A stretch of 64,000 bases of DNA from a phage, in assembly GCA_025829515.1 (NCBI GenBank), contig GCA_025829515.1_4865.1; one strand, 5' to 3'. The position numbers and the translations under genes were made by a program. The notes under the pieces are model-generated. The model saw only the letters and a program-made list of their open reading frames with translations, was not told the origin of the DNA and did no database searches. This document shows positions 28,210 through 38,800 of this stretch, piece after piece. Position 1 is the stretch's first letter. Each line of letters opens with the position of its first letter.

Positions 28210-29247
28210 GTGAAACAGTATCTTGAGATGATGCAGAACATTCTGGACGAGGGTCATGTTAAGGGCGATCGTACTGGGACAGGGACGCTCTCCGTCTTTG
28301 GTCGCCAAATGCGTTTTGATTTGCGCAAAGGTTTCCCGTTAGTCACGACTAAAAAACTCCACCTGCGTTCTATTATTCACGAACTGCTGTGGTTCCTTAG
28401 TGGCGATACCAACACCAAATATCTGGAAGATAACGGGGTCACAATCTGGCGTGAGTGGCAAGATGAGAACGGTGACCTAGGTGAAATCTATGGTGCGCAA
28501 TGGAGACGTTGGAAAGATGTGAAACTGGTGCCTAAGAAAAATGCAGCTTTACTCGAGAAACTGCAAGATGCAGGATACGTGGATTATGGCGACGCGGACG
28601 ACGGTTCACAAATGTTCGATGCGCGTGTACTTCTGAAACTACACGACCAAATCTCTAAGGTGATTGACCAACTGCGTAACGATCCTGACAGTCGCCGTAT
28701 TATTGTCAGCGCATGGAATGTGGGTGAGTTGGATCAAATGGCGTTAGCGCCGTGTCATGCGTTCTTTCAGTTCTACACTCGTGAGCTGTCTATCGACGAG
28801 CGTCTTGATTGGTTTGAAAAGAACCTTCCAGATCAATTTAACGATTCCCGCTTTAGTAATGAAGCTGTTGCAGACGACGCAGTGTTCCACGTTGAGATGG
28901 ACGCACTTGAAATACCTCGCCGCATTCTTTCATGTCAGCTCTATCAACGCAGTGCGGATTTTTTCCTCGGCGTGCCGTTCAACATCGCGTCTTACGCATT
29001 ACTCGTGCACATGGTTGCCCAGCAGGTTAACATGGTGCCGGGCGATTTCATTTGGACGGGCGGTGACACACATCTCTACTCTAATCATCTGGAGCAGGCC
29101 AAGCTGCAGCTGACGCGTGAGCCGTTACCTTTACCGAAACTGATCATCAAGCGTAAACCGGAATCTATCTTCGATTATAAATTCGAAGATTTTGAGATCG
29201 TTGGGTATCAGTCTCATGAAAAAATATCTGCGCCTGTCGCTATCTAA
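28210..29247 (+). CDS. thyA: thymidylate synthase (ThyA family) with two internal insertions
   Basis: GTG 28210 after AAGGAAA; N-terminal [12 protein letters not shown], active-site PCHAFFQFY, and C-terminal [29 protein letters not shown]...[10 protein letters not shown] matching ThyA as I recall it. Confidence 0.9.
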   Translation: MKQYLEMMQNILDEGHVKGDRTGTGTLSVFGRQMRFDLRKGFPLVTTKKLHLRSIIHELLWFLSGDTNTKYLEDNGVTIWREWQDENGDLGEIYGAQWRRWKDVKLVPKKNAALLEKLQDAGYVDYGDADDGSQMFDARVLLKLHDQISKVIDQLRNDPDSRRIIVSAWNVGELDQMALAPCHAFFQFYTRELSIDERLDWFEKNLPDQFNDSRFSNEAVADDAVFHVEMDALEIPRRILSCQLYQRSADFFLGVPFNIASYALLVHMVAQQVNMVPGDFIWTGGDTHLYSNHLEQAKLQLTREPLPLPKLIIKRKPESIFDYKFEDFEIVGYQSHEKISAPVAI

Positions 29248-29259
29248 TTAGGAGCGTTT

Positions 29260-29796
29260 ATGGTTGACAACATCGTTCCCTTCAAGCCTAAAGCGGTGGT
29301 TGCTACGGACGAACCGCCGTTTATTCCTGTCAATGGACAGAAGATCATCGAGTTTCCAGACGAACATCGTGGACAACTGCACGTTCCACAACCGGACGGG
29401 ACGATGAAAGCTATCGGTTTCCCGATAGCTGAACAAGAATGGTGGACGCTTCTGGCCATCCAGATGATGTCGCGTGGTCTGGGTGTGTCTACGGAACCTG
29501 TCGTTCGCATTAATACCGACCCGTATATCCACGAACAAGGCAGTTGGATGGAACGACGTCGGACAATGGAGATGCAGATTAGCAAAGAAACGCTTTTGCA
29601 AATCGCAGAATCCACACCTTTCATCCTGACCTCATCTTTTAACGGGGATATGGATGAAGACCTCTACATGCACCTTTCAGGCTTAGCAGCTGAGCACCGT
29701 ATTGCAGAAGAAGAGCCTATCTATACCGAAGCGATGATTATCCATCCGACCGGCTTAGAAGGTAATACCTTTAAACTGATTTGGGTGGAGCTATGA
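29260..29796 (+). CDS. hypothetical protein
   Basis: TTAGGAGCG ribosome-binding site. Confidence 0.55.
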   Translation: MVDNIVPFKPKAVVATDEPPFIPVNGQKIIEFPDEHRGQLHVPQPDGTMKAIGFPIAEQEWWTLLAIQMMSRGLGVSTEPVVRINTDPYIHEQGSWMERRRTMEMQISKETLLQIAESTPFILTSSFNGDMDEDLYMHLSGLAAEHRIAEEEPIYTEAMIIHPTGLEGNTFKLIWVEL

Positions 29797-30044
29797 CTGA
29801 CCGACTCAGTAAAACAATTCGACTACCACAACAGCGTAATGTTCGCAAAGGCGATGTTTTCACGGCGGAAAAATGGGTTGCATTAAAGGCCCTGTTCCCT
29901 GACGAAACCGATTCGCATGTCGTCCAAATGGCATTGAAAGAGTTTGCAAAGAACGCTCCTGAAATGCTGCTGCGTAAGAAAGAAGAAGAACTGAATATGC
30001 TCCGTAACAGCGTAGACGTTCTCTTTAAAACAATGGAGAAATAA
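29781..30044 (+). CDS. hypothetical protein
   Basis: ORF overlapping upstream gene end. Confidence 0.45.
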   Translation: MGGAMTDRLSKTIRLPQQRNVRKGDVFTAEKWVALKALFPDETDSHVVQMALKEFAKNAPEMLLRKKEEELNMLRNSVDVLFKTMEK

Positions 30045-30045
30045 G

Positions 30046-30813
30046 ATGATGAAGCTCTTTGCGTTCTCCGATGAATTCTACACGGTGGAATTCGACGACT
30101 ACGAATACGGGTTATTAGGGGCCGTCGACATGGAAGACGCTAAACGGCAGCTTCCTACTAGCGAAATAGAAATCATTGAGATTGGGGAAACCAATCTTAG
30201 TGGGATTTTGATGCTGGGGCGGCGACCACGACCTGCGGAACCTGAGCAGGAAAGAGAGCAAGCGCAAGCGATTTGTCTGGTTTATGAGCCGATAGACCCT
30301 GCAGCGATAGCGAAGGTGGTCGATACACTACGGCCACAGATTGGCGTCGCGATTGAAAATTATCGCTGGGCTCGTTTCTCAGGCGACACGCCGATATTTT
30401 CGAATAAGCACTGGTTGCTGTGTATCAACAACGACACGATAATGGTACCGTTAACAGGGGAGAAGAATTTTGAAGATAACTTCGTCCCTGGCGAAGAGTC
30501 TGTTATCTTCGAGTATACCCATGTCATCGGAAAGCCGAGCTTCTACCAAGTTCTGATTGATGTCTTGACTCACGTCGGTCGAACCATCGAATACCACTAC
30601 TGGGCACGCCAGGCGCGTTCTAAATGGTTCTCGTTGACGTACGTCGAAGGTTGGGAACGTGTTGTTGAAAAGATTGACGGGCGCTATGAGCAGATTTGGT
30701 TCCTGAACCCGGCATTCCGTGAAGAATTACCCGCATGGGTAAAAGAAGAGGCGAGCAAGCTGACGGTTGGCTTTACTAAGCAGGGTGCGCCGTATATGGT
30801 TAACTACAAATAA
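30046..30813 (+). CDS. hypothetical protein
   Basis: GGAGA ribosome-binding site. Confidence 0.55.
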   Translation: MMKLFAFSDEFYTVEFDDYEYGLLGAVDMEDAKRQLPTSEIEIIEIGETNLSGILMLGRRPRPAEPEQEREQAQAICLVYEPIDPAAIAKVVDTLRPQIGVAIENYRWARFSGDTPIFSNKHWLLCINNDTIMVPLTGEKNFEDNFVPGEESVIFEYTHVIGKPSFYQVLIDVLTHVGRTIEYHYWARQARSKWFSLTYVEGWERVVEKIDGRYEQIWFLNPAFREELPAWVKEEASKLTVGFTKQGAPYMVNYK

Positions 30814-30824
30814 GGTGAAAACAG

Positions 30825-31304
30825 ATGTCTATAACTCGGATCGATTATCGTGCCGTAGTAAAAGAACTGTCCAAAGGTCTTATCGAACTGGACTCCGATG
30901 AAGCCCGCAGCTGTGGCTTCCTGCCACACATTGCACTGAGTGAGTTCCGTACCATCCGTTACGGTGCCGGTCGTCAGAAGGGCGTTACAACACACACCGT
31001 TGATATGTCAGCAAAGTTCCACGGCAGCGTTCTGTATCTGGTCCACAATGAATCGTTACGAAACGAAGTAGTGGAGAAGTTCCATGAAAAGGCCGCCGGG
31101 AACGGTTGGTTGACCGTACACTGTAACTACTTGCCTGAGGGTTGGAAACGCGCGACGGGTGCTGGTATATCCGGCTACGAGAAATTCGGCTTGGTTATTG
31201 TCGACGAAGCGGGTTTCTTCTTCAACAAGTTCAGTTACGATAAAATCTATCGCAGTCTGGTCGACGTAGTAACGCCAGACGTTGTGATACACCTGATTAA
31301 TTAA
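30825..31304 (+). CDS. hypothetical protein (Walker B-like LVIVDEAGFFF)
   Basis: ORF with AAGGTGA ribosome-binding site; motif noted but no canonical Walker A. Confidence 0.5.
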   Translation: MSITRIDYRAVVKELSKGLIELDSDEARSCGFLPHIALSEFRTIRYGAGRQKGVTTHTVDMSAKFHGSVLYLVHNESLRNEVVEKFHEKAAGNGWLTVHCNYLPEGWKRATGAGISGYEKFGLVIVDEAGFFFNKFSYDKIYRSLVDVVTPDVVIHLIN

Positions 31305-31316
31305 GTAGAGGAAAAT

Positions 31317-31505
31317 ATGGCTGGAGAACTCGGTCGTGGGCAAGCCACAACGTTCATGTATCGTGATGGGTTAGGTGCGGATGTAAACATGTCTCCGGAT
31401 GACGAGATGGTTATCCCTGGACTTGACCCGGACGCAGGTGTGGAAGGTGGCGTTGACCCGTCGAAAGACGACGACAACTGCACTGGTGGTGCGTGCAAGA
31501 TTTAA
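31317..31505 (+). CDS. small strongly acidic protein (62 aa)
   Basis: GAGGAAA ribosome-binding site; about 14 Asp/Glu against 4 basic residues; immediately followed by terminator. Confidence 0.4.
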   Translation: MAGELGRGQATTFMYRDGLGADVNMSPDDEMVIPGLDPDAGVEGGVDPSKDDDNCTGGACKI

Positions 31506-31515
31506 AATACGTATT

Positions 31516-31551
31516 AGGGTGTCCATATGGACACCCTACTTATTTTTTTTG
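31516..31551 (+). terminator. intrinsic terminator
   Basis: Palindrome GGGTGTCCATATGGACACCC followed by TACTTATTTTTTTT. Confidence 0.7.
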
Positions 31552-31568
31552 TTTAAGGAGCTATCAAA

Positions 31569-32525
31569 ATGGGCGAACGTTTCATTATCCAGATTCCGTA
31601 TAACGTTATTGTTGAACCTAACCAGTACCTGGCACAGATTAATGAGCTTCTGGCTGGATTCTGCCAACGTCAGTTTGTTAAACCGTGGTCCTTTGAGAAA
31701 CTGTACACCCTGTGCGTGAACAGTGAAACCGGTCACACTTACGTCGAAGGTAAAGTCTTCACAGGCGACCAGCGTTTGGAAATAAATGATTTCGAAATGC
31801 CGTGGACGTTGGAAGGTGTCGAGTATCGTGGTACGGTTGATCGCCCGCGTTACGTACCTTTGTACACCATCCCACAATGTATTACTAACGTTATGGGTTG
31901 GTCTAAAGCGCGTGGTATTCTGGATAACGGCGTCTGGTATAGCCAAGCCACCAAACTCTACGAAGAAGACGGTGAAGCAGCAACCGGCATCAGCAAAACC
32001 AAAGAACGTCTTATCATGGACGGCCTAGGCGATGCAATGGTGGTACTGGTTAACGTCAACGCCTTGGTAGGTATGCCATCCAAGTTGGTTTCTGTCATGC
32101 TGTCCCGTGGGCGCGCACGTCTCGAAAAGAACGTTCCATTTGGCGATGCCCATCGCTTGTTCCACAAAATGCGATTGGCCTTCACGTTGATGCACGATAT
32201 TGTCTATCAAGGGGCCGATCGTCGTAACCAGCACCAGGGGACTTATCGTTTTACCGAGAGTGACGACGATCTGATTATCGAATACGAAGAGCAGATGACC
32301 GTGGCACTCTATTACATGGAAGCACTGGCGCGAGCGTACAACATTACCCTGGAACAGTGCTTCTCACTGGCTTGGGATGAAATCAAAGACCGTAAGGGTT
32401 TCCTGAACGCGGACGGTATCTTCGTTAAAGAAGCAGACATGTCCGCTGCTGAAATCGAAGTAAACGGTTCCCTTACTGTAAAAGATGAGGCGCTTACCGA
32501 TGGCGAAGAAACTGTTCACGGTTGA
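31569..32525 (+). CDS. hypothetical protein
   Basis: TTTAAGGAGC ribosome-binding site. Confidence 0.55.
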   Translation: MGERFIIQIPYNVIVEPNQYLAQINELLAGFCQRQFVKPWSFEKLYTLCVNSETGHTYVEGKVFTGDQRLEINDFEMPWTLEGVEYRGTVDRPRYVPLYTIPQCITNVMGWSKARGILDNGVWYSQATKLYEEDGEAATGISKTKERLIMDGLGDAMVVLVNVNALVGMPSKLVSVMLSRGRARLEKNVPFGDAHRLFHKMRLAFTLMHDIVYQGADRRNQHQGTYRFTESDDDLIIEYEEQMTVALYYMEALARAYNITLEQCFSLAWDEIKDRKGFLNADGIFVKEADMSAAEIEVNGSLTVKDEALTDGEETVHG

Positions 32526-32922
32526 TTACGATGAATACGTTGATCGTTTACTGGTCAACAATATCGTCTGGGAAGACCACGGTCTAATGCCATGGCATCT
32601 GAAACTCCTAGCGGAGCGTTCAGAACAATGCGGTGGTTTGGAGTTCGTACTCACCGACACACCAATTCCGGTACCTCACATTGCGCCGGTAGAAAATCTG
32701 TACTTCTTCGATGCTAATGTGAAGTTATTACAGCAGGTACTCTATACGCATGACTGGCGTGGTGGTTGTCAGTTCCCAGAGAACGTTCTAAAGCTCTCTG
32801 AGCGCTTCGGCACCGACATTGCATACTGTCAAACGTTCCCAAAAGACTTGGGACGAAACAGCGTGGTACTGTGGTATTACCCTCCGGTAAAAGACATCGT
32901 GAAAGTGATTATCGAACGCTAA
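32500..32922 (+). CDS. hypothetical protein
   Basis: ATG 32500 in frame with track ORF 32485; overlaps upstream gene end. Confidence 0.5.
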   Translation: MAKKLFTVDYDEYVDRLLVNNIVWEDHGLMPWHLKLLAERSEQCGGLEFVLTDTPIPVPHIAPVENLYFFDANVKLLQQVLYTHDWRGGCQFPENVLKLSERFGTDIAYCQTFPKDLGRNSVVLWYYPPVKDIVKVIIER

Positions 32923-32977
32923 AAATAAAAGCAAACGAGTACCCCGTTAGGGGTACTCGCGTTACTTATTTTTTTTG
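32921..32977. terminator. bidirectional intrinsic terminator
   Basis: A-tract, GAGTACCCC-GTTA-GGGGTACTC hairpin, T-tract; between convergent genes. Confidence 0.7.
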
Positions 32978-33529
32978 TTACGCTTGAGTCATGTCGGAGA
33001 TGTCATAAACCAGACCGTTCAACTCAGTAACGGTGATCAGTTTACTGATATCGACACCATCGCTCGGAACTTCGGTCAAATAAACTTCAACCGTACCCGT
33101 CCACGCCAGTGACTTTCCATTGAAACGCAAATTGTGTTTCGTGGAAGACGTCATTGACTCCGTCGCATAAATCTCGCTCGCATCAATCAACCAATTGTAC
33201 TTGGCCTGTAACAACGGAACGAGGTCGGCGGCTGTATTGGCGCTACTACCGTCCACAGACAGCACCACGTTTTCAAACAGGTGGGCTACGTCCAGTCGAC
33301 GGTAAGTAAGACCCATCTTACCAAACGTACCTTTCTCAACGATACCAGAAACATCGAGACTGGTGTTCAGTCTGGTGTACTGTTCTGGGTCAGGATCGGC
33401 TGCGGTGATGTGCGACGGGTTACCGAACGACAATTTATCGATGGTCACGCCCTTACCAGTCAGTCCGGGATTCTGGGACACGATAAGATCGTAAACCAAC
33501 TCTTTTGCGGTCTTTCCAAATAAACTCAT
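32978..33529 (-). CDS. hypothetical protein (likely virion-associated by context)
   Basis: Last gene of the long minus-strand block that includes the 2373-aa protein. Confidence 0.55.
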   Translation of the reverse strand: MSLFGKTAKELVYDLIVSQNPGLTGKGVTIDKLSFGNPSHITAADPDPEQYTRLNTSLDVSGIVEKGTFGKMGLTYRRLDVAHLFENVVLSVDGSSANTAADLVPLLQAKYNWLIDASEIYATESMTSSTKHNLRFNGKSLAWTGTVEVYLTEVPSDGVDISKLITVTELNGLVYDISDMTQA

Positions 33530-33551
33530 AATGCGCTACCTCTGTGGTGTA

Positions 33552-35813
33552 CTATCGCGCTTGTGGTAGGAAAATGTTCGCGATTTGTCGTGCCGGTATG
33601 ATATCTAACGCGGCGTTGACGATGCTGCCCTGTGACCAGGCACTTGCCCAGTTCTGCGCCCAGATAGACGCGTTGATTTTAGCCTGCGCGATACCGTTGG
33701 TACGCTCGTAAAGCGTGGCAGCACCCAACACAGACATAAATTCACTGAACTTGTTATCATCATCAAACACACCAATATCAGTTACAATCGGCATGTACAT
33801 AACACGCGACAGGTCACGAATAGTTACCTGTATATCACACGACAACGGCAGACCGTCAGCACGCCACCCTAACCCACCTGTACCAAACTGGAGACTCAAG
33901 TTAGTTACCATGGCATTACGCATGGAATAACGACCACGAGAATAACACTCCAGATAGAACGGGTGCGTAAACGATTGTTTACCGGTTGCTAACGGGCAAA
34001 CTGCCGCTAACCAGAACGACAACGGGACAATCAGATCCTGGAACACATCTAAGTCGTTACCCGACCAACAGCGAAGGGGAATGCTTAGCGAGATATCGTC
34101 ACCTGAGGTGTCTGAGGAGTCCCACACTTCTGGGAAGTCAATCACTGACGAGTTGTACAGCGACATAATCCCTGATAAATGCAAGAAATCGAGTGCGCCT
34201 GTAAAGGCGGACTTCAACCCAGTAATGAGACCATCGACTGCGTCGAAACCAGTCTTACCACCAGAGAGGTTTACTTCCAAAGAACGTGCTTTCTGTGTGG
34301 CGGAGTTAACCGTGCCAGAGATTTCAGGTTCTTTGGTGGTGTTGGAGAACGAACGCCCTACGGTATCACGTCCATCAACACGCCAAGTAATCCACTGCGA
34401 ACCATTGCGTATCTCCGAAGCGATGTTCGAAGTTAACCCATCCATAGCGCCTTCTAAAATATCGATATAGTCTTTGAAGACGCTACCGACAGATTCTTTC
34501 TGGCCTTGGTCCATCCAGTTTTCAATCTTCCCAATGTCGAGATTATTCTCATCCATTGAGTTTGCTTCGGTCTGACTTTTAGCAACTTGAGCCTGGTTCT
34601 TTTCAACCTGTGCCATACGCTCGGCAAGCTCTTTACGTTGCGCATCACCTTCGTTTTCGAAGTTTTCAGCTTTACCTCCTTGTGACTGAGCATCCTGAAT
34701 GCTTCCGTTCATCCCTGCTACCAGTTCGTCTTCTTTGTTATCGACGTTTTCAAAACCGGCATCGTACCCTTTACCGGCTTTGGCTACGTATTCAAGGTTA
34801 CGTAAAGAAACCTCGTACTGCGCAGCTTTCTCCAAATGGGTTGTTGAGTACGTCGCTTCCAGATAGAAGTTTCGCAAACGTCGAGCCATGTCCTCTTCGT
34901 TACTCGACTCTTTACGAATTTTATCGATGGTTTTCGCCTGGTAGTTGGCTAATGTTTGGTAGCGGTTAATCATTCGATAGATATCGAACTCACCATCAGC
35001 TGTCCAGATTTCTGGCAGCATGGAGTACCACTCTTTGCGGTCGCCGTTGTACTTATTAGCAGTACCGCCTTTCTCAGACCCATCTACAGCATTAGCAAGC
35101 TGGAAAGTCCCTAACACACCCGTTGGTACCAATCGGCGATAAACTAACTGGGTGTTGACCATATTCTGCACAGCGCGCAGATACAAGTGCATTGTCGGTT
35201 TCACGTAGTAGTAGCGAGAAGTCTGCTTGTTCAGCACCATCTTCAACATACGTGGTGTAATTAGAATAACCGCAAAGGCAACCGTACCTACTGCGGCCCA
35301 TATTGCTGCGGCGGCAACATACGTCCCCATCGCACGTAACATACCTGGGTAGTCACCTGTGCGCGCCAAATACGCTAGGTTGGAATCGTACATATTCGCG
35401 AAGAATGCAGCTACCCCGATATATCGAGGTTTACCGAAACGACAATGAAGATAAAAACTGTTTTGGTTAATAGCTTCGTAATAGAAAGTCCCTAAACGAT
35501 AGGAACCACGTTGGTCTTGACCTTTAACGTACTTTGAGTACGAGCCACGACCTGCATCAGGTTGTGCAAAAGCACCTGTTGAACTCGGATCAGCAAACAT
35601 CGTAAACTGCGGCGGCGCATTTAACGCTTGCGAACCACCCATCGTGGTATCTTCAAACGAGAGCATCGCGTTAGAGTAACGACGCAAACCCAGGAAGCGC
35701 TCATCGCGCTGTGCGGTTGTACCGCCAAACAGGCCGGTTACCCATCCTGAATCTTTTAGTTGTCTTGCTTCCACGTAAAACCTCTCTGTAAGATGATTAG
35801 GGGGTGTTGCCAC
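33552..35813 (-). CDS. large hypothetical virion-block protein with one hydrophobic segment
   Basis: 753-aa ORF directly downstream of the giant gene; hydrophobic stretch GTYVAAAAIWAAVGTVAFAVILITP. Confidence 0.6.
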   Translation of the reverse strand: MATPPNHLTERFYVEARQLKDSGWVTGLFGGTTAQRDERFLGLRRYSNAMLSFEDTTMGGSQALNAPPQFTMFADPSSTGAFAQPDAGRGSYSKYVKGQDQRGSYRLGTFYYEAINQNSFYLHCRFGKPRYIGVAAFFANMYDSNLAYLARTGDYPGMLRAMGTYVAAAAIWAAVGTVAFAVILITPRMLKMVLNKQTSRYYYVKPTMHLYLRAVQNMVNTQLVYRRLVPTGVLGTFQLANAVDGSEKGGTANKYNGDRKEWYSMLPEIWTADGEFDIYRMINRYQTLANYQAKTIDKIRKESSNEEDMARRLRNFYLEATYSTTHLEKAAQYEVSLRNLEYVAKAGKGYDAGFENVDNKEDELVAGMNGSIQDAQSQGGKAENFENEGDAQRKELAERMAQVEKNQAQVAKSQTEANSMDENNLDIGKIENWMDQGQKESVGSVFKDYIDILEGAMDGLTSNIASEIRNGSQWITWRVDGRDTVGRSFSNTTKEPEISGTVNSATQKARSLEVNLSGGKTGFDAVDGLITGLKSAFTGALDFLHLSGIMSLYNSSVIDFPEVWDSSDTSGDDISLSIPLRCWSGNDLDVFQDLIVPLSFWLAAVCPLATGKQSFTHPFYLECYSRGRYSMRNAMVTNLSLQFGTGGLGWRADGLPLSCDIQVTIRDLSRVMYMPIVTDIGVFDDDNKFSEFMSVLGAATLYERTNGIAQAKINASIWAQNWASAWSQGSIVNAALDIIPARQIANIFLPQAR

Positions 35814-35822
35814 CCCCTACGA

Positions 35823-38800
35823 TTAGCTTGCTTTCCGACTTACGTTTAACGACGGTGTCGGTTGGGTTATTTCCTGCCTACGTGCAGCTGAGCCAGGAGG
35901 AGGCACATTTGCCGCTTGCTGGATACTACCACCCCGTGTGTCGTTTGCCGCTCTTGGATTTGATTTCAAAATATCACGAATCTCTTTCAAGTAATCGCGA
36001 GACTGAATCAGTACCTTGAGCTGCTGAACATCTATCGGGTCACCATTCAGCGTTGGCGTCGATGCTGTAGCATCAGAAGTTGGAGCGGCAACTGGACGAG
36101 CTGCTGCGTTAACCTGCGCTTCCGCGCCTGCTTTCACTTTAGCAACATCCGTCGCAGACAATCCTTCTGCTGCAGCTTGCGACGCTACGGTTTCGGCCGT
36201 TGTTGAGGCATCGGATGTTCCGGTACCGCCTGTGGTTGGTGTAGGTGCTGCTGGTCCTACATTACCTGCGGCGGTAGCCATTGCATCTTGTGCCGCCATG
36301 GCCCCTTTCTGCGTCAATACGTCATCACGACGATTAGCATTATCTGCTGGCAGGTTATCTGCCGGTGACAGACTCGGGTCATTAGCGGCCGGTGCACCCA
36401 TTGCTGCTGCCGGGTTGGTTGGTGAATTAGGCGACAAGCCTGCAACCATATCCTTCGTCTTGCTCGGATCGGCAGCGACTTCGTTGGCGGAAATTGCACC
36501 CATGCGGCGGTTCAGTTCCTGAATAACCCCATCTACGCTACGTATACGACCGTTGCTGTAGAAGACGTTGGCATTCCCTCTCAGTATTGCGGATGTAATC
36601 CCAGGAGCACTCGATGCCGCCATATTCGGATTACGCTTCCATGCTTCCAGGAATTTCTTACCGCCGCCTGCACCCAGGAAGTGGTACAGATAAGCCACGG
36701 CTGGAGGTGGTGCTTTACCACCCAGGTCACGTTGTGCTTTTTGGATGTTGTCACGAATGAACTGTACACCCAAAATAGCATTCGCCCACGGGTCCATCTG
36801 GTTAACACGCGGAATACCGAACTTCCGCGAATACCCCTTCATCATCCCGTCCCACGTACCGTTAACAAACTGGAACAACCCAGACGCCGAAGCATACGGG
36901 TTTTTAGCGGTGTAGTTAAAACCAGACTCCGCTTTTGCCATTGCTAACGCCACAGCAGGTGGCACGCCCATCATGTTCGCTGCATCGGTAATCAATGCTT
37001 TGATATTCGGAACGTTCAACGCACCCTTTCTACCCAACATTTCTATCGGGTATTTTTCAGCCAGTGACTTATAATCACCGTCTTTCACATCACTCAGGTT
37101 AATCGAAGACGAACCAGTGGTCATTGCAGCGTAGTTCCGCACACCGCCAACCGCATCGACGACTTGACCCAAGTTACCCGGCACACCACCACTCGTACCC
37201 GATGGAATGTAGCCTGAGGCGCGAGCACCGTCAGATGACAAAGAATCTCCCGAACTGATGTTCGAGTCTTCTTCATCTTCACCGGTAACTTCCAGAGAAC
37301 TGCGGTTCTTGTTACGATCCTTCCAGCGTGCACGCTTGCCATTATTTTTAATGGCTTTAATCATGTTACGCACGGCAAGGTCAGCTTCTTTTGACAACAG
37401 CTTCAGCGTTTCCAGCTCGGCTTTGATAGACGATGGGTTCGTGTTAGCATCGCCCCCTAATGGGTTGATATTCACTTCCCACACCGACTGTCTTATACCG
37501 CCTTTCAAGCTATAAGCTGTTGACATCATCAAACTGATTTCGTACAGGTAACCGCCGGTCAGTTTCAAGTTCAGCGGATCGGCTGTTGGCAGGTAGCGTT
37601 TCACCCCAACCAAATACGTCATGAATACCGGTAAGAAGCGGTCAAAGAACCACCGTTTCAAACGATCTTCTTTCGGTGTGCCGATAGCGTCTGGAACCAT
37701 CGAAGCGATGGCTTTCTTCCAGTCACCTTTATAACTTGCGGTTTTCACGTCGATGTCTTTGATGACGTTCTTCTCGAATACCGTAATCAACGTGCGTGTG
37801 GCGTTGTCGATGGTGGTAAAACCATAAGTCTTCCAACGTACCGACTCCATCGCATTCATGTCTTTCTGGTCGAGCACCGCGTTCCAGTCTACCTGAATCT
37901 GAACCTGCTCTGTTCCGTCTTCCCAACCTTCTACCTTCGCCAGATTTTTATTACGTTCGTTATCCAACTGTCCAAGTTTGTTGATAGCTTCATCAACACC
38001 CGCGGACTTAATCCCCTCCACGGCCGGTGCCATTCCGTACTTACGTGCTTTCTTATCGTCCATTCTGAACTTGATTGCACGCTCGACTTCATTCTGCACT
38101 TCCATAACCTCTTCACCGCTCAAAAACTCCTTCGGTGTAAAGGTTACAACGTCCCAGGCTTTCGAGAAGAAGCCTTGGTTGACTTTGCGTGGGTCTGTTA
38201 ACGAAGAGAACGCTTTTGCATCCTTAGTCATCTTCATTTTGTTGAAGAGTGTCTGCATGTCCTCTTTCGATACTTTCTTAGCATCGCCGACGTCAGCCAA
38301 CTGGATACTATTCGGCATTGATTTCAGTGCCGTAATCCAGCGGAGATAAATCGGAATAAAGCGCTGAAGCATAAACGCTTGGAAGGCCAACATCTCGCCT
38401 TTTTCCTCAACGTTAATACCGAACCCTTCAGCTAACTTCTGAACGTCTTTTCCACCTAGCCCACGGAGACTGGCTTGGCCATCTTCCGCGTAAGACACAT
38501 ACTCACGCAATGCGTCTTCTAAGTAACGCGCCTTCGCCCCGTCATCCGACGACCACTTATCGTAATCACGGAAACCGTACTGAGCTAAACGCATCTTATC
38601 CAGGTACTGGGTATAGGTAGTCGTTGCGATCTTGTACGCGGCGTAACCTGCCGCGGCGATCGCACCACCGATAAGAATTGCCGGCCAGCCCACTGCTGTC
38701 ACGACGGCAGATGCCGCAGTTGCCACAGCGGACACCGCGGGTGCCGCCAAACGGGTTACTGCGAACTTACCAACATTCCACGCAGCCTTACCTAAAAGAC

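Noticed and set aside
28757-29113. 118-aa ORF in an alternative frame inside thymidylate synthase
   Set aside because: It is embedded in a gene with unambiguous ThyA sequence; no ribosome-binding site.
28210-29247. Possible group I intron or intein in thymidylate synthase, as in some phage td genes
   Set aside because: The reading frame is continuous and the extra segments are in frame without intein splice-junction residues or intron-like structure; treated as protein insertions.
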